45,261 nt of DNA from Octopus bimaculoides. Its lineage: Eukaryota. Location: NCBI RefSeq assembly GCF_001194135.2, contig NC_068984.1:136669383-136714643 (forward strand). The letters are read 5' to 3'. A program made the position numbers and the translations under genes. The notes below the pieces were generated by a model. That model was not told where the DNA came from and searched no databases. It saw only the letters and a list, made by a program, of their open reading frames with translations. Every line of letters starts with the position of its first letter. The first letter of the stretch is position 1. Below are positions 23,490-35,471 of this stretch, piece after piece.

Positions 23490-24087
23490 CAGTAATGTTT
23501 CGAAATACGATTTAATTTATTCCCGTAAAGCAGAGCAATAATTTTCCATGGTATCAATGTTATAAATCGTAATTCGTTACCAGGAAAATACTTTACTTAT
23601 AAGATTTATAATACTCGTAAATAAATGGTAATAAAACAACAGTAGAATGTAAAGAATATTTTATGTAAAGTAAAAAGAATGCCAAGATCATTTATAATAA
23701 AAAATATTTTTATAATCGTTTTCTGAATCATTTTCATTCGCACTAGACTCGCGCACTCTATAAATATTTTTATAATCGTTTTCTGAATCATTTTCATTCG
23801 CAATAGACTCGCGCACTCTATCACTTACGTCCATTCGCGATCGCCGATTCACAAGTACTCGTAGACGGACTTGTAGATTTCCTTTTTAAAAACAAATTTA
23901 GAATTGCTTGCATAGAAGAATTTTTTTTTTTTCGCTCTCTATAAATTTCTCGCTAACACGCAGAAGCATTTGTTATGGTAGCAGAAACGTTTGCACTTCG
24001 TTCAAAATTTGGATGCTGTGCTTGAAAAATAAAACTCGTAAAGCCGAGGTCTCGTAAAGCGGCTCCTCGTAAAGTGAGGTATCCCTG
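23490..24087. mobile_element. Decayed Tigger/pogo-like MITE with internal 60-bp tandem duplication
   Basis: TA-cagtaatgtttcgaaatacga ... ctcgtaaagtgaggtatccctg-TA; TIR match only ~12/21; three subterminal ctcgtaaag repeats; 23701-23760 repeated at 23761-23820 (2 mismatches). Confidence 0.5.
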
Positions 24088-25489
24088 TATTACGTTAATT
24101 CCATGTAAATATACTCTTCACTCTTCTTACATCTATCTGTCTTTCTACTTCTATATGAATGTTTATGTGTACACGATTGTCTTCAGCAGTAGCGGTAGTA
24201 TTGCCACATCGTTTATTGTTATTTCGCAACACCTACGTATAAATATTTCCTCCTCAAGACCCCCGCCACCCAACGACTGAAGTTAAGATACGTAAGGCGA
24301 AAATAGTCTTTTTTTTTTTCTTTTTTTTTTGTATTTCAGAATATGAAGACGACATTGCCAGTGAGAAGTGACAACTGTCTTAACCGACTTATAACGATAC
24401 TATCCTATAAATAAATATAATCGTATACAATAATAAAAAAAAGATACTCAAATATATAAATATATGCATAAATATATTGCCAAATATTAAGATATACAGT
24501 CACATTCCTAAATACAGCTACGTACATAGTCGCATAAATAGTTATAGATATATACATAAATAAACAATTATACGCACCAGCGAAAAATCATATGCATAAA
24601 TACTCCTCAATACATAGTTACACATATAACTACAGCCATATACATAAGTATACAATTATATACACAAATGTGCAATCATATACCTAAATGTAGCTATAAA
24701 CATCCTCTGTGTGTATATGTGTGTCTGTGTGTCTCTGTGTGCGTGTGTTAATATATTGCTTCAAAGAAGAACCACATGACACTGATAGCAAAAATTTTAA
24801 AGAAAACAATGGCTACTTTGCCGTGGTATATGAATACAATATTGAATAGAATGCAATGTTATAAATCACAGTTTCGGTGCAATATATTGAGCTTCCCTTT
24901 TGTTGTTAATATTGAAATTTGAAGCTTTGTATTTTGTCTATAAACCATGACATGATCATAAAATTTTAGAAGCATCATCACTTAGGCACTAATATCGTAA
25001 TATAAACGTAAAAGAACTTTGTGTTTCGCTGCCATATTTTATGATATATTTGCTTGGTGTAATATCGTATAGTTCTCCCGTGCATGGCATCGCTTACATT
25101 AAACTTATAGATACAAAGCAAGGGGAAGAAAAATAGAATTTTGGATTGCAGTATAAACCATACTGTGTATTATCACAATGGATTTTAAAATTTAGTTCAA
25201 GTCTATAATAATTGATAGGATCACACTTCGTGATTTATATAGGCAGGGAGATTAATCTGTAAGCGATTAATATTTTAAGTAGAAAAGTATTTTTATCTCA
25301 GAACATCTAAGCAGGCTGACTACTTCTGAATTTTCTGACTGGAGTAAAATAAGACTGAAGAATCTTGCCCAAAGATACAAAGCAATGGTTGCATTTACAT
25401 TGTGCTAATAAAAATATCCGTGTCAATCTGTAATCCTGTGGGTAATCTCTGCTTAATAGAATCTTCTAGCATGCTCTATGTTAAACCAG

Positions 25490-25880
25490 GCTGAGTTTTT
25501 AAAGTACTTCACACAAGAATACGATTTAATTTCTTTTGTGTGTCAAGTCATTTCAAACGAGACAAAAGATGTTGCGATATCGTTTATGTAAGCTAAAGGC
25601 CTACAGGAGCGTTGAGCGACTTATCTAATTGGGAACAAGAATTAGGCAAGTCCTTCACCGAGATATATTTNNNNNNNNNNNNNNNNNNNNNNNNNNNNNN
25701 NNNNNNNNNNNNNNNNNNAAGACTACCAGACAATGTTTAAAGTTGATCGGAAAATATATCAAGAAAGTATTTAATTATAGCGTTGAGATTTAAGATTAAA
25801 AAAAGGCCTTTTTTTTTAGTGATGTTACATGTCTCGGATAGATGTTGCACTTAGGGCACAATTCAGTTAAGTTGTAAGGT
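25490..25880 (+). repeat. Copy 1 of a ~390-bp near-identical direct duplication
   Basis: Matches 28197-28589 with 2 substitutions and 1 homopolymer indel outside the 48-N gap. Confidence 0.95.
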
Positions 25881-26581
25881 GGTACTTGTAAATAATGTTA
25901 CAACAAATAACTCAATTAAAAAGCATGTCTTCGCGTGTTCAATGTATGTCACTTAGGACATTACTGGAAATTTCCTCAAATAGGAAAACATTGATTGATT
26001 TGACTGGTCAGTTTTCAGTTCAAACTATTTATTGTCCACAGTTGTATGTAATAAAATTTCATTTGTCATGAAAAAGTCAGCCCGAACGAACCCTCCCACA
26101 CTAAACTATCGATCATGTCTCTACTAATAGACATAAAGTCTACGAAATTACTATCCTAAAGGCAGAGAAAAGCGAAATAGTTTTATTAGGAATACTAATT
26201 AAAAACCTGAACTTGCCATCATTACTTGATGCTTAAACTTGCGTGATGTTGAATTCCAGTTAAATATTTTAATTAAAATTTGGAGCAAATCTAAAGAAGA
26301 ATATGGCGTGGCTGAGATGACTATGAATTGAATACCATCTACTTTAGTATCTAAATCTGTCACCTCTCTAATACATTCAGAGTTCAAATCCCAACAGGAG
26401 TAATTACACTGGCCTACAAAGTTTTTAGTGTTTAGGAAATAGACATCACTCCTATACAAAATCGGTCTCTTAAGTCCAAATATAACCTTCAGATCTAGTT
26501 TTTCAGTTATTGAGTCCTATAATCACGTGGACTACTGCTATTTTTGTAACCTAAATTTGAAGGGTATTAACCGGAAAAATC

Positions 26582-26950
26582 GACAAACGCTTGTCTAGCG
26601 GTATTTCGTCTGTCTTTACGTTCTGAGTTCAAATTCTGTAGAGGTCGTCTTTGCCTTTCATCCTTTCTGGGTCGATAAATTAAGTACCAGCTGCATACTA
26701 GGGTCGATCTAATCGACTTGCCCCCTCCCCCAAAATTTCGGGCCTTGTGCCTAGGGTAGAAAAGAAACGTTAGCGCGCCGGGCGAAATGCTTAGCAGCAT
26801 TTCGTCTGTCTTTACATTCTAAGTTCAAATACCGCCGTGGTCGACTTTGCCTTTCATCCTTTCGGGGTCAATAAATTAAGTACCAGTCGATCTAATCGAC
26901 TGGCCCCTCCCCCCAAATTTCGGGCCTTGTGCTTAGAGTAGAAAAGAATA
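26582..26950 (+). mobile_element. Head-to-tail dimer of SINE family A
   Basis: The first copy ends ...ctagggtagaaa and the second begins agaaacgttagcgcgccgggcg at 26763. Confidence 0.88.
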
Positions 26951-28196
26951 TTTTTCAGTCCTCTTTCTTCTCTTTCCTATATGACATTGGTGACTGAGTC
27001 TACAGGAGTGTACGTAGCATAATTCTAGTTAAAAGGAAGATTTGAAAAGAACTTAAACAAATCTTGCTAAAAAAAATGGCACGAATAAATTTGAAGACCA
27101 AATCTTCGGTACTATATCTGTGTTAATACTTGCGTAGAATTCCTTGTTGAGTTTTTTATTTATTTATTTATTTGCTGTTTTTCGTTTTTCGTAATGGGCC
27201 ACTGAATGTCGTTTCATTTAACGTCTAAGTCACACTTTTTAGTTACCTTAATATCTTCGATGTTAATCAAGATTTTCGTGTACTCTATCTACCATAGCAA
27301 CGTAGTAAACAAATTAGAAGAAAAAGAAAATTCTTTTTAAAAAAAACTAAATTAACAAAAACAAACAGATTAATAAACAAACATATAATAAATAAATTAA
27401 AAAAACATATATTCCACAGTAATCTTCCAGCTACAGTGATTGAAGCGTTTTTCTCATTACTAATTTATCTGCGCTTCTATTTATTTTATTTTGGTTTTTT
27501 TTTGGGGTTTTTTTTGGGGTTTTTTACCAAATTCTCCGAAGAATTTTGTTCTTGTGTTTTCTCCCTTTCTTTAACCGAAATAGTTCGAACTTCCTGTTTC
27601 TTTTTTTTTTTTTTCTTGTTTTGATAATTCTTTCTATTTTTGTGGGAGTGGATGGGTGTTGAGAAGGTTTTTGTTTTTTGTTTTGTTTTGTTTTATTTTT
27701 ATAACCCTCCNNNNNNNNNNNNNNNNNNNNNNNNNNNNNNNNNNNNNNNNNNNNNNNNNNNNNNNNNNNNNNNNNNNNNNNNNNNNNNNNNNNNNNNNNN
27801 NNNNNNNNNNNNNNNNNNNNNNNNNNNNNNNNNNNNNNNNNNNNNNNNNNNNNNNNNNNNNNNNNNNNNNNNNNNNNNNNNNNNNNNNNNNNNNNNNNNN
27901 NNNNNNNNNNNNNNNNNNNNNNNNNNNNNNNNNNNNNNNNNNNNNNNNNNNNNNNNNNNNNNNNNNNNNNNNNNNNNNNNNNNNNNNNNNNNNNNNNNNN
28001 NNNNNNNNNNNNNNNNNNNNNNNNNNNNNNNNNNNNNNNNNNNNNNNNNNNNNNNNNNNNNNNNNNNNNNNNNNNNNNNNNNNNNNNNNNNNNNNNNNNN
28101 NNNNNNNNNNNNNNNNNNNNNNNNNNNNNNNNNNNNNNNNNNNNNNNNNNNNNNNNNNNNNNNNNNNNNNNNNNNNNNNNNNNNNNNNNNNNNNNN

Positions 28197-28589
28197 GCTG
28201 AGTTTTTAAAGTACTTCACACAAGAATACGATTTAATTTCTTTTGTGTGTCAAGTCATTTCAAACGAGACAAAAGATGTTGCGATATCGTTTATGTAAGC
28301 TAAAGGCCTACAGGAGCGTTGAGCGACTTATCTAATTGGGAACAAGAATTAGGCAAGTCCTTCACCGAGATATATTTTGGCAACAAGTATTGATTTGGTT
28401 TATTTTGGAAGCTTTTAAAGTGTCACAAGACTACCAGACAATGTTTAAAGTTGATCGGAAAATATATCAAGAAAGTATTTAATTATAGCGTTGAGATTTC
28501 AGATTAAATAAAGGCCTTTTTTTTTTAGTGATGTTACATGTCTCGGATAGATGTTGCACTTAGGGCACAATTCAGTTAAGTTGTAAGGT
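28197..28589 (+). repeat. Copy 2 of the ~390-bp duplication, starting at a gap edge
   Basis: See 25490-25880. Confidence 0.95.
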
Positions 28590-28798
28590 TGTGAGTTCAA
28601 ATCTCGCAGATGCTGTTGCCAAATTCTTTACTAGAATTAATCTATGGACTTTGATGTGTATAATTATTCTTAATAACAAGTTCCGGCAGATTTGTACGGC
28701 GTGAATATGATAATTTCTGTTGTATATTGCCTTCGGAAAACACCGTCTCTCCTTGTACGTTGTACGTTGACAACGTACACGATTCAGTAATGTATGGA

Positions 28799-28841
28799 GA
28801 CTTTGAGATACAGGTGTCTTGACTTCATTGTGTCTCTTCAG
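28799..28841 (-). ncRNA. Decayed hammerhead motif (GAAA changed to AAGA, stem I lost)
   Basis: Minus strand CTGAAGA-GAC-ACAATGAA-GTC-AAGA-CACCTGTA-TC-TCAAAG is homologous to 29006-29051. Confidence 0.6.
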
Positions 28842-29000
28842 GCAACGCTACTGCCGAGTCTCTGAATCTAAACAAAAATAATAAACATAATGCGTGCTCA
28901 TAATATCGACTCGGTAGACATCGGCACGCGTCAGCAAATAATTTGCCGATGTCTAAAAGCAAAACAGCACGCTTAATAGGTTCTTCGATCCGGGGACAGC

Positions 29001-29051
29001 TTTGACTGAAGAGACACACGATAAGGTCGAAACACCACGCGATGTCTCAAA
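29001..29051 (+). ncRNA. Minimal type I hammerhead ribozyme, canonical core
   Basis: tttga|CTGAAGA|gac-acacgataag-gtc|GAAA|ca-ccacgcga-tg|TC|tcaaa: stem I 5 bp, stem II 3 bp, stem III 3 bp, GUC site, predicted cleavage after 29046. Confidence 0.8.
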
Positions 29052-29134
29052 CTCTCCTTACATCAATGAATCGCGTTATAAACATACATCGTCTAAAGGA
29101 AGATGTTATACGCTGAATTAAACAACAGTAGGAA

Positions 29135-29177
29135 GACTTTAAGATACAGGTGTCTTTACTTCATTGTGTCTCTTCAT
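29135..29177 (-). ncRNA. Second decayed copy of the same hammerhead motif
   Basis: 42-bp direct repeat of 28799-28840 with 2 mismatches. Confidence 0.55.
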
Positions 29178-29897
29178 GGCGAATCTTAAAGCAGTTCTTA
29201 TTTATGATATTGTGAAAATGTTTCTGAAATTTCTGAGTAATAACTTCTGAAAAAGATAATTGTCTGAATTAAAATTCTTGTTTAGAAATGAACAATTTTG
29301 TCATTAGTTTCATCTACACTTCAGTTACTTTAGTTTGATCTCAGACGTCATCAGGTGTTTTTGTCCTTGGATGTGTGCATAGCATCAGTATGTATCACAG
29401 CCGAGTGAAAAGGGGCATAATTTACCTTAGTTCAGAAATGAAGCTTCGTAGTACGAATCAACATGGGGCAAAATAACGCAACCCACAATAAAACACTCGA
29501 TGACGATCGGAGAGCACGCCGATCAAAACTTAGTGTAGACGTGAATATGTTTTTTTTTTTAATACCTGCCTTAAAGTTAAGGTTGATAGTCGTCCGAAAA
29601 TTATGATTTTATTAATAACTCGTCTCAATCATTTTGACACTAACGTCTTTCGAAAAACCACAATAGATTGGTTGTTCTGCGTATGGACTCATTCACTTGA
29701 AATTTGTTCCCAAACAATCAATTTTCACAGCAAGAAGACTAAATATGTTTACATACAAATGATCGATTACGTCACAGACTGTGTCATGGAAAACTATAAT
29801 TAATCTCGAAAGCTATTGTTGTCTGCAGAGATAAGCTGACTTACTCTTCGTACTTGCAATGGTGAAGAATTTAGTGGTGTCTTTTCCATTGAGTCAG

Positions 29898-29934
<37 letters not shown>

Positions 29935-30159
29935 ATGATGTATGGTGTGTCATTGTTGTCTAAATTCAAAACAAAAGGATCGTTTCTTCGTGTTAGAAAC
30001 GAGCTTTTGTTCTCTTGGGTGAATTGCAGTTAAATAGCGAAGACCATTTACCTACTCGGGTACACGAACAGGAAAAAAACATGGAAATAGACAGACAATC
30101 ACAGACAGGCAAGCAGAGACAAAGAGAAAATTAGACTGAAAGACAGATAGATAAACAGG

Positions 30160-30199
<40 letters not shown>

Positions 30200-30212
30200 G
30201 AGAGAGATAGAG

Positions 30213-30276
<64 letters not shown>

Positions 30277-30355
30277 GGATGGATTTATATATANNNNNNN
30301 NNNNNNNNNNNNNNNNNNNNNNNNNNNNNNNNNNNNNNNNNNNNNNNNNNNNNNN

Positions 30356-30408
<53 letters not shown>

Positions 30409-30410
30409 GT
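30160..30410. repeat. (TAGA)n / gap / (TA)n / (TATG)n
   Basis: Seen directly. Confidence 0.95.
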
Positions 30411-30827
30411 ATGCGTGCATATACGTATGCACATGTACGCATAGCTACAGTCTGGATCAGGCGAACTCTCCAACCATTCGTCCATGCTGTGTGTCCAAAT
30501 AACCATAATGCCGCTCTATTGATAATCCACCGCTTTTCAGAATAACATCCAAATGCACCGCCAATATTCCATGAAGTTAACACGGTTAATTAACTGTTCA
30601 TGTTTACTGCATTTTGCTCCATTGTTCTCAGACAAAACCAAAAACAGAAAAATATCGAAAAACGCAATGCATCTTGGGATACATATTCTTTGCCGTTTAC
30701 ATCCTTATCGTTGTCTCACAAATATATACGCATCTTTGGCTGTCTTTATTTTTCTCTCTGTCATCGTCTGTCTTCTTCATTTTCATTGCATCACGTGTCT
30801 TCCTTTCATTTATATCTTCTCGTTAAC

Positions 30828-30828
30828 A

Positions 30829-30918
<90 letters not shown>
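30828..30918. repeat. (CT)n microsatellite
   Basis: Seen directly. Confidence 0.97.
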
Positions 30919-30924
<6 letters not shown>

Positions 30925-30932
30925 TTTTCTTT

Positions 30933-31188
30933 CTCTTTTACATGTTTCAGCCATTTGACTGCGGCCATCACACTGGAGCACTGCTTTGAAGGGTTTTAGT
31001 CGAGCAAGTCGACCCCAGGACTTTTTCTCTATAAGTCTAGTACTTATTCTATCATTCTCTTTTGCCGAACTGCTAAGTTACGGGGGACGTAAACACACCG
31101 ACATCGGTTCTCAAGCGATGGTGAGAAGACACACATACACATAAATATACATAGTTATATACATATACGACGGACTTCTTTCAGCTTC
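30933..31188 (-). mobile_element. SINE family B, head missing
   Basis: Matches 6652-6905, including the internal AC/AT tract and tacgacggacttctttcag. Confidence 0.85.
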
Positions 31189-31467
31189 ACGTATACATCT
31201 TATTCTTATGACGGCCTGTCTATCATTCTGTATATATATGACCCTCAATCACACATGTTAACATATCAACAAATCTCTTAAACATTCTTCCCGGTTGTGT
31301 CTTTATATCTTTGTGCAGCTGAAGATTGCTCTGCATTTTACATTTGATGTAATGTTCACATTGCTTAATTAAATGGAGTCGCATGAAACGATCGTACCGT
31401 ATTAACTTTGGATATCCTTCTTGTTTATTTTGACTTATATATACATATATCTATACATATATGTACG

Positions 31468-31510
<43 letters not shown>

Positions 31511-31879
31511 ATACATAACACATAAAATGTGTGTGTATATGTATATTCATGTTTCATTAAGGTTGGTCGTTTTCGCAAACACGCACACAAGCGCACACAC
31601 AAAACACACAATCACAAAAAACACACACACAAACACAAATAAAAATACACACGCCGAAAAGAAAGAGAGAGAGAGAGAGAGGGAAAGCAGTGGAAGGGTA
31701 GGGATGGGCGCGAAGATCGCGATGAAAGAGAGAGGAATGAGTGATTGAGTTGCTTTTAAATAAATAAAATGAATGAATTGAAAGTGCCAACTTAGTCGGA
31801 CAGTCAGTGAATCGCCAGACCAGAAATCCCAGCAAGAGCTGTCATCTTCCAAATAAAACTGTAGTTTCAATTAATGTTA

Positions 31880-32116
31880 CATCATCGCCGTCATCCACCA
31901 TTACCATCGGCATCGTCGTCGTAGTCGTCGTGGTCGTCATCATTACCATTGTTATCGACGTCGTCGTCACCACCGCCATCGTTAGTGTCATCCATCATCA
32001 TCATCATCATCATCATCATCTTCATCCGAATCATCATCACAATCATCACCATCATCATCATCATCATCGCCATCATCATCACCACCACCATCATCATCAT
32101 CATCATCACAATCTTC

Positions 32117-32147
<31 letters not shown>

Positions 32148-32470
32148 CCATCATTATCATCATCATCATCATCATCATCACAATCTTCATCATCATCATC
32201 ATCACCATCATCATCATCACCATCATCGTCGTCGTCGTCATCATCATCATCATCATCATCACCACCACCATCATCATAATCATCATCACAATCATCATCA
32301 CAATCATCACCATCATCATCATCATCATCACCATCTTCATTATCATCATCATCGTCGTCGTCATCATCATCATCATCACCATCATCATCGTCATCACCAT
32401 CACCATCATCATCATTATCATCATCATCCTCACCATCATAGCAACACTCGGCCAACACCAGCATCATCAT
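31880..32470. repeat. (CAT)n-rich compound microsatellite
   Basis: Seen directly; explains the poly-H/I/M/D ORFs. Confidence 0.97.
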
Positions 32471-32689
32471 GAATATCACGGCGAGCCAGCAAGACAACGT
32501 CCACCTGATCGCTTGACCTGCTGGACATAGCAGCCATAACTTCCCTCAAATCAACCCCCTCTCCCAGCCCCTCCTCTCTTTTAACAAAAAATGGAAGAAC
32601 TACATTTGGATAATGGAGTTCCAAAGGTGAAATTGTCATGGCTACGAGGTCTTTGATCGCAGACTTGGTCGATCGACACCAGACGATTA

Positions 32690-33030
32690 CTACCACCACC
32701 ACCGCCACAACCACTACTACCACCACCGCCACTACCACCACCGTTACTACTACTACTACTACCACCACCACCACCACAACCACCACCACCACCACCACCG
32801 CCACTACCACCACCGTTACTACTACTACTACTACCACCACCAANNNNNNNNNNNNNNNNNNNNNNNNNNNNNNNNNNNNNNNNNNNNNNNNNNNNNNNNN
32901 NNNNNNNNNNTACCACCACCGCCACTACCACCACCGTTACTACTACTACTACTACCACCACCAACGCCACTACTACCACTACCACCACCACCACTGCCAC
33001 TACTTCTAATACTATCCCCACCACCACCGG

Positions 33031-33063
<33 letters not shown>

Positions 33064-33960
33064 CGCGGCCACCACTACCACCGCCACTACTCCTACTGCC
33101 GCCGCTGCTGTTGCTAACAGTTGCTGATGATGATGTGATGATGAGGAGGAGGAGGAGGAAGAAGCGGAGAGAAAAAGGGAGAGGNNNNNNNNNNNNNNNN
33201 NNNNNNNNNNNNNNNNNNNNNNNNNNNNNNNNNNNNNNNNNNNNNNNNNNNNNNNNNNNNNNNNNNNNNNNNNNNNNNNNNNNNNNNNNNNNNNNNNNNN
33301 NNNNNNNNNNNNNNNNNNNNNNNNNNNNNNNNNGGGGGAGGAAGGGGAGAGGAGGAGGAGGAGGAGGAGGAGGAGGAGGAGGAGGATGGGAAGCGGAAGA
33401 CGAGGAGACGGACGAGAACGAGGAAGAGGACGGAGAGGAGGACGAGGTGGGCAAGGTGGAGGACAGGAGGACGAAGAAGACGGCGAAAAGGAGGAGGACG
33501 GGGACGAAGTAGAAGAGGATGTTAATATTACTCCTACTACTGCACCTACATTTAATACTAATACTATTGCTACTACTACTACTACTACTAATAGCAGTTA
33601 TAATCATCAGAATAATCCACATCATCATCATCACCATCATCACCATCACCATCATCATCATCCTCATCATCCAAAGCCATCATCATCATCATTATCATCA
33701 TCGTCGTCGTCATCGCCGTCATCTTCGTCGTCATCGTCGTCGTCATCATCAACATCAATCACAGCCACCATCATCATCATCATTATCATCATCGTCGTCA
33801 TCATCATCATCATCATCAACATAAATCACCGGCATCATCGTTGTCATCACCACCACTACCATCATCATCATCGTCGTCGTCATCATCACCATCATCATCA
33901 CCATCTTCCTTTTCTTCTTCTTCTTCTTCTTCTTTTCCTCCGCCGCCCCCTCCTCCTCCT
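32690..33960. repeat. Compound (CAC/TAC)n, (GGA)n, (CAT)n, (CTT)n tracts with two gaps
   Basis: Seen directly. Confidence 0.95.
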
Positions 33961-34269
33961 CCCCCTTCTTCAAAATCTTTATTCCTTAATGGCTATGCCG
34001 AAGACTACATCATGTGATATGCTGTACGAGACTAAGAACGGTGAAAGTTTTATTTCTTGTTGTAAAACTGAAGCAATAAAAATTTCACTAAAACAACAAC
34101 AAAAAAAACAAAGAAAATGTAATTAAAAAAAGCATTAAAAAAAAACAGCAACAATTAAGCGTCTGTGTCCGGTTCGTAGAGTGTATTATATGATGATCTG
34201 CCGCACAGGTGAGGTATTAACGTCCAAATATGCAGGGGAAACCTAACACAGTATATGCAACAATATAAA

Positions 34270-34314
34270 CACCAGAATTATATATATGTATGTATATATG
34301 TGTGTAAGTATGTA

Positions 34315-34393
<79 letters not shown>

Positions 34394-34420
34394 ATATATG
34401 TATAGATATATGTATATATG

Positions 34421-34452
<32 letters not shown>

Positions 34453-34675
34453 GATAGATATGTATATATATATATATATATACAATTTTTTTCTCCGTGT
34501 TTTTCTCCTTGTCTCCGTATTCTTTCTGTTGAAGAGCGTAGCTCGAAACGTCAAAGACTTTCCGTATTCACGAGCGTCATACTAATATATACTTTTGTTA
34601 TTTACACCACCTGTCCTCGTCTGTTGTTATTATTTGTATATTCTCCCATATACATATATATAGATAGATATATAG

Positions 34676-34728
<53 letters not shown>

Positions 34729-34770
34729 AATACATATATGTATATATACATATATATATACATATATATG
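34270..34770. repeat. (TA)n/(TG)n tracts enclosing a ~145-bp unique insert (34485-34630)
   Basis: Seen directly; the insert carries the hammerhead-like motif at 34521-34557. Confidence 0.9.
34521..34557 (+). ncRNA. Ultra-minimal type I hammerhead-like motif, variant core (CUGUUGA plus extra A)
   Basis: tcttt|CTGTTGA|a|gagc-gta-gctc|GAAA|cg|TC|aaaga: stem I 5 bp, stem II 4 bp, palindromic ACGT in place of stem III. Confidence 0.55.
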
Positions 34771-35471
34771 TGAAAAGTTTACTATATTTTGTGCGTACGA
34801 GTATATCAGCCTGTGGGCGAAATAAAATGGGCTTGCGAGACGCAATTGTGCCCGCGAGCTGGAGTTTCCTCATCCCCGTTTTGATCCAATTTTTCCAAGA
34901 AAAAAATACACTAATGGACAAAGAGCAATATTTCCTCTACACTATACAACAGTTATCGACCTTGATTGAAACAGAAGTTTGATCGAAGAATTCTTTTTTT
35001 TTTTTTTCTAAACAGAAATGTTTAAGAATAGCGCAGACAAGTGGAAACGGGAAGTTTGAAAGAACAGTGACCGTGAAACTTAGAGCAACCAACACAATTT
35101 GCTTCCTGGAATTACTTTCTGAATGCAAATACATTATTCTGCACCTGTTATCTTCAGGTCCATACTCTGCGACAAAAGAAATCATCCGTAGAATTTCAAT
35201 GTGTATAAACGGTTTCGTTTGAGGGGAAAATCTATTCACTTCTGTACACGCTGTTAAGCGATGTTCGCAGGAATGCTGACGGACAATACAGCTCGGATTT
35301 CAAAATCTCCCTTTAACTTATACACACACACACATACACACACACGCATGTATGTGTGTATATAACAAGATACATTGATCTCAATACATGAATATGTATA
35401 TATATATATATATATATATGGAAAAAAAGACAAAGTAGAAAATGCTAAAATACATTTATAAAAAAACATTT

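Noticed and set aside
24035-24080. RKAAPRK-like reading reminiscent of a histone H3 tail
   Set aside because: It is the triple ctcgtaaag subterminal repeat of a Tigger-like end; no other histone sequence follows.
24420-24710. Loosely periodic cataaata/catata-rich tract
   Set aside because: No consistent unit length could be established by eye; probably decayed simple repeat.
25490-28589. LTR pair interpretation of the 390-bp repeats
   Set aside because: No TG/CA termini, PBS, polypurine tract or retroviral coding sequence between them.
28799-29177. CRISPR-like repeat-spacer reading of the 42-bp repeats
   Set aside because: Only two copies 336 bp apart in eukaryotic DNA, no cas genes; better explained as decayed hammerhead copies.
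31807-34126. His-, Asp-, Met-, Thr- and Gly-rich ORFs (also 4472-5314, 15328-15898, 37856-38837)
   Set aside because: Trinucleotide microsatellites open in several frames on both strands; no domain or splice support.
33960-34215. Possible small host exons (e.g. ag-SVLYDDLPH-gtgagg near 34180-34208)
   Set aside because: Too short, weak acceptor context, no recognisable protein; needs RNA-seq.
35105-35160. Minus-strand CTGAAGA...GAAA with an internal hairpin
   Set aside because: Stem II closure is interrupted and stem I does not pair.
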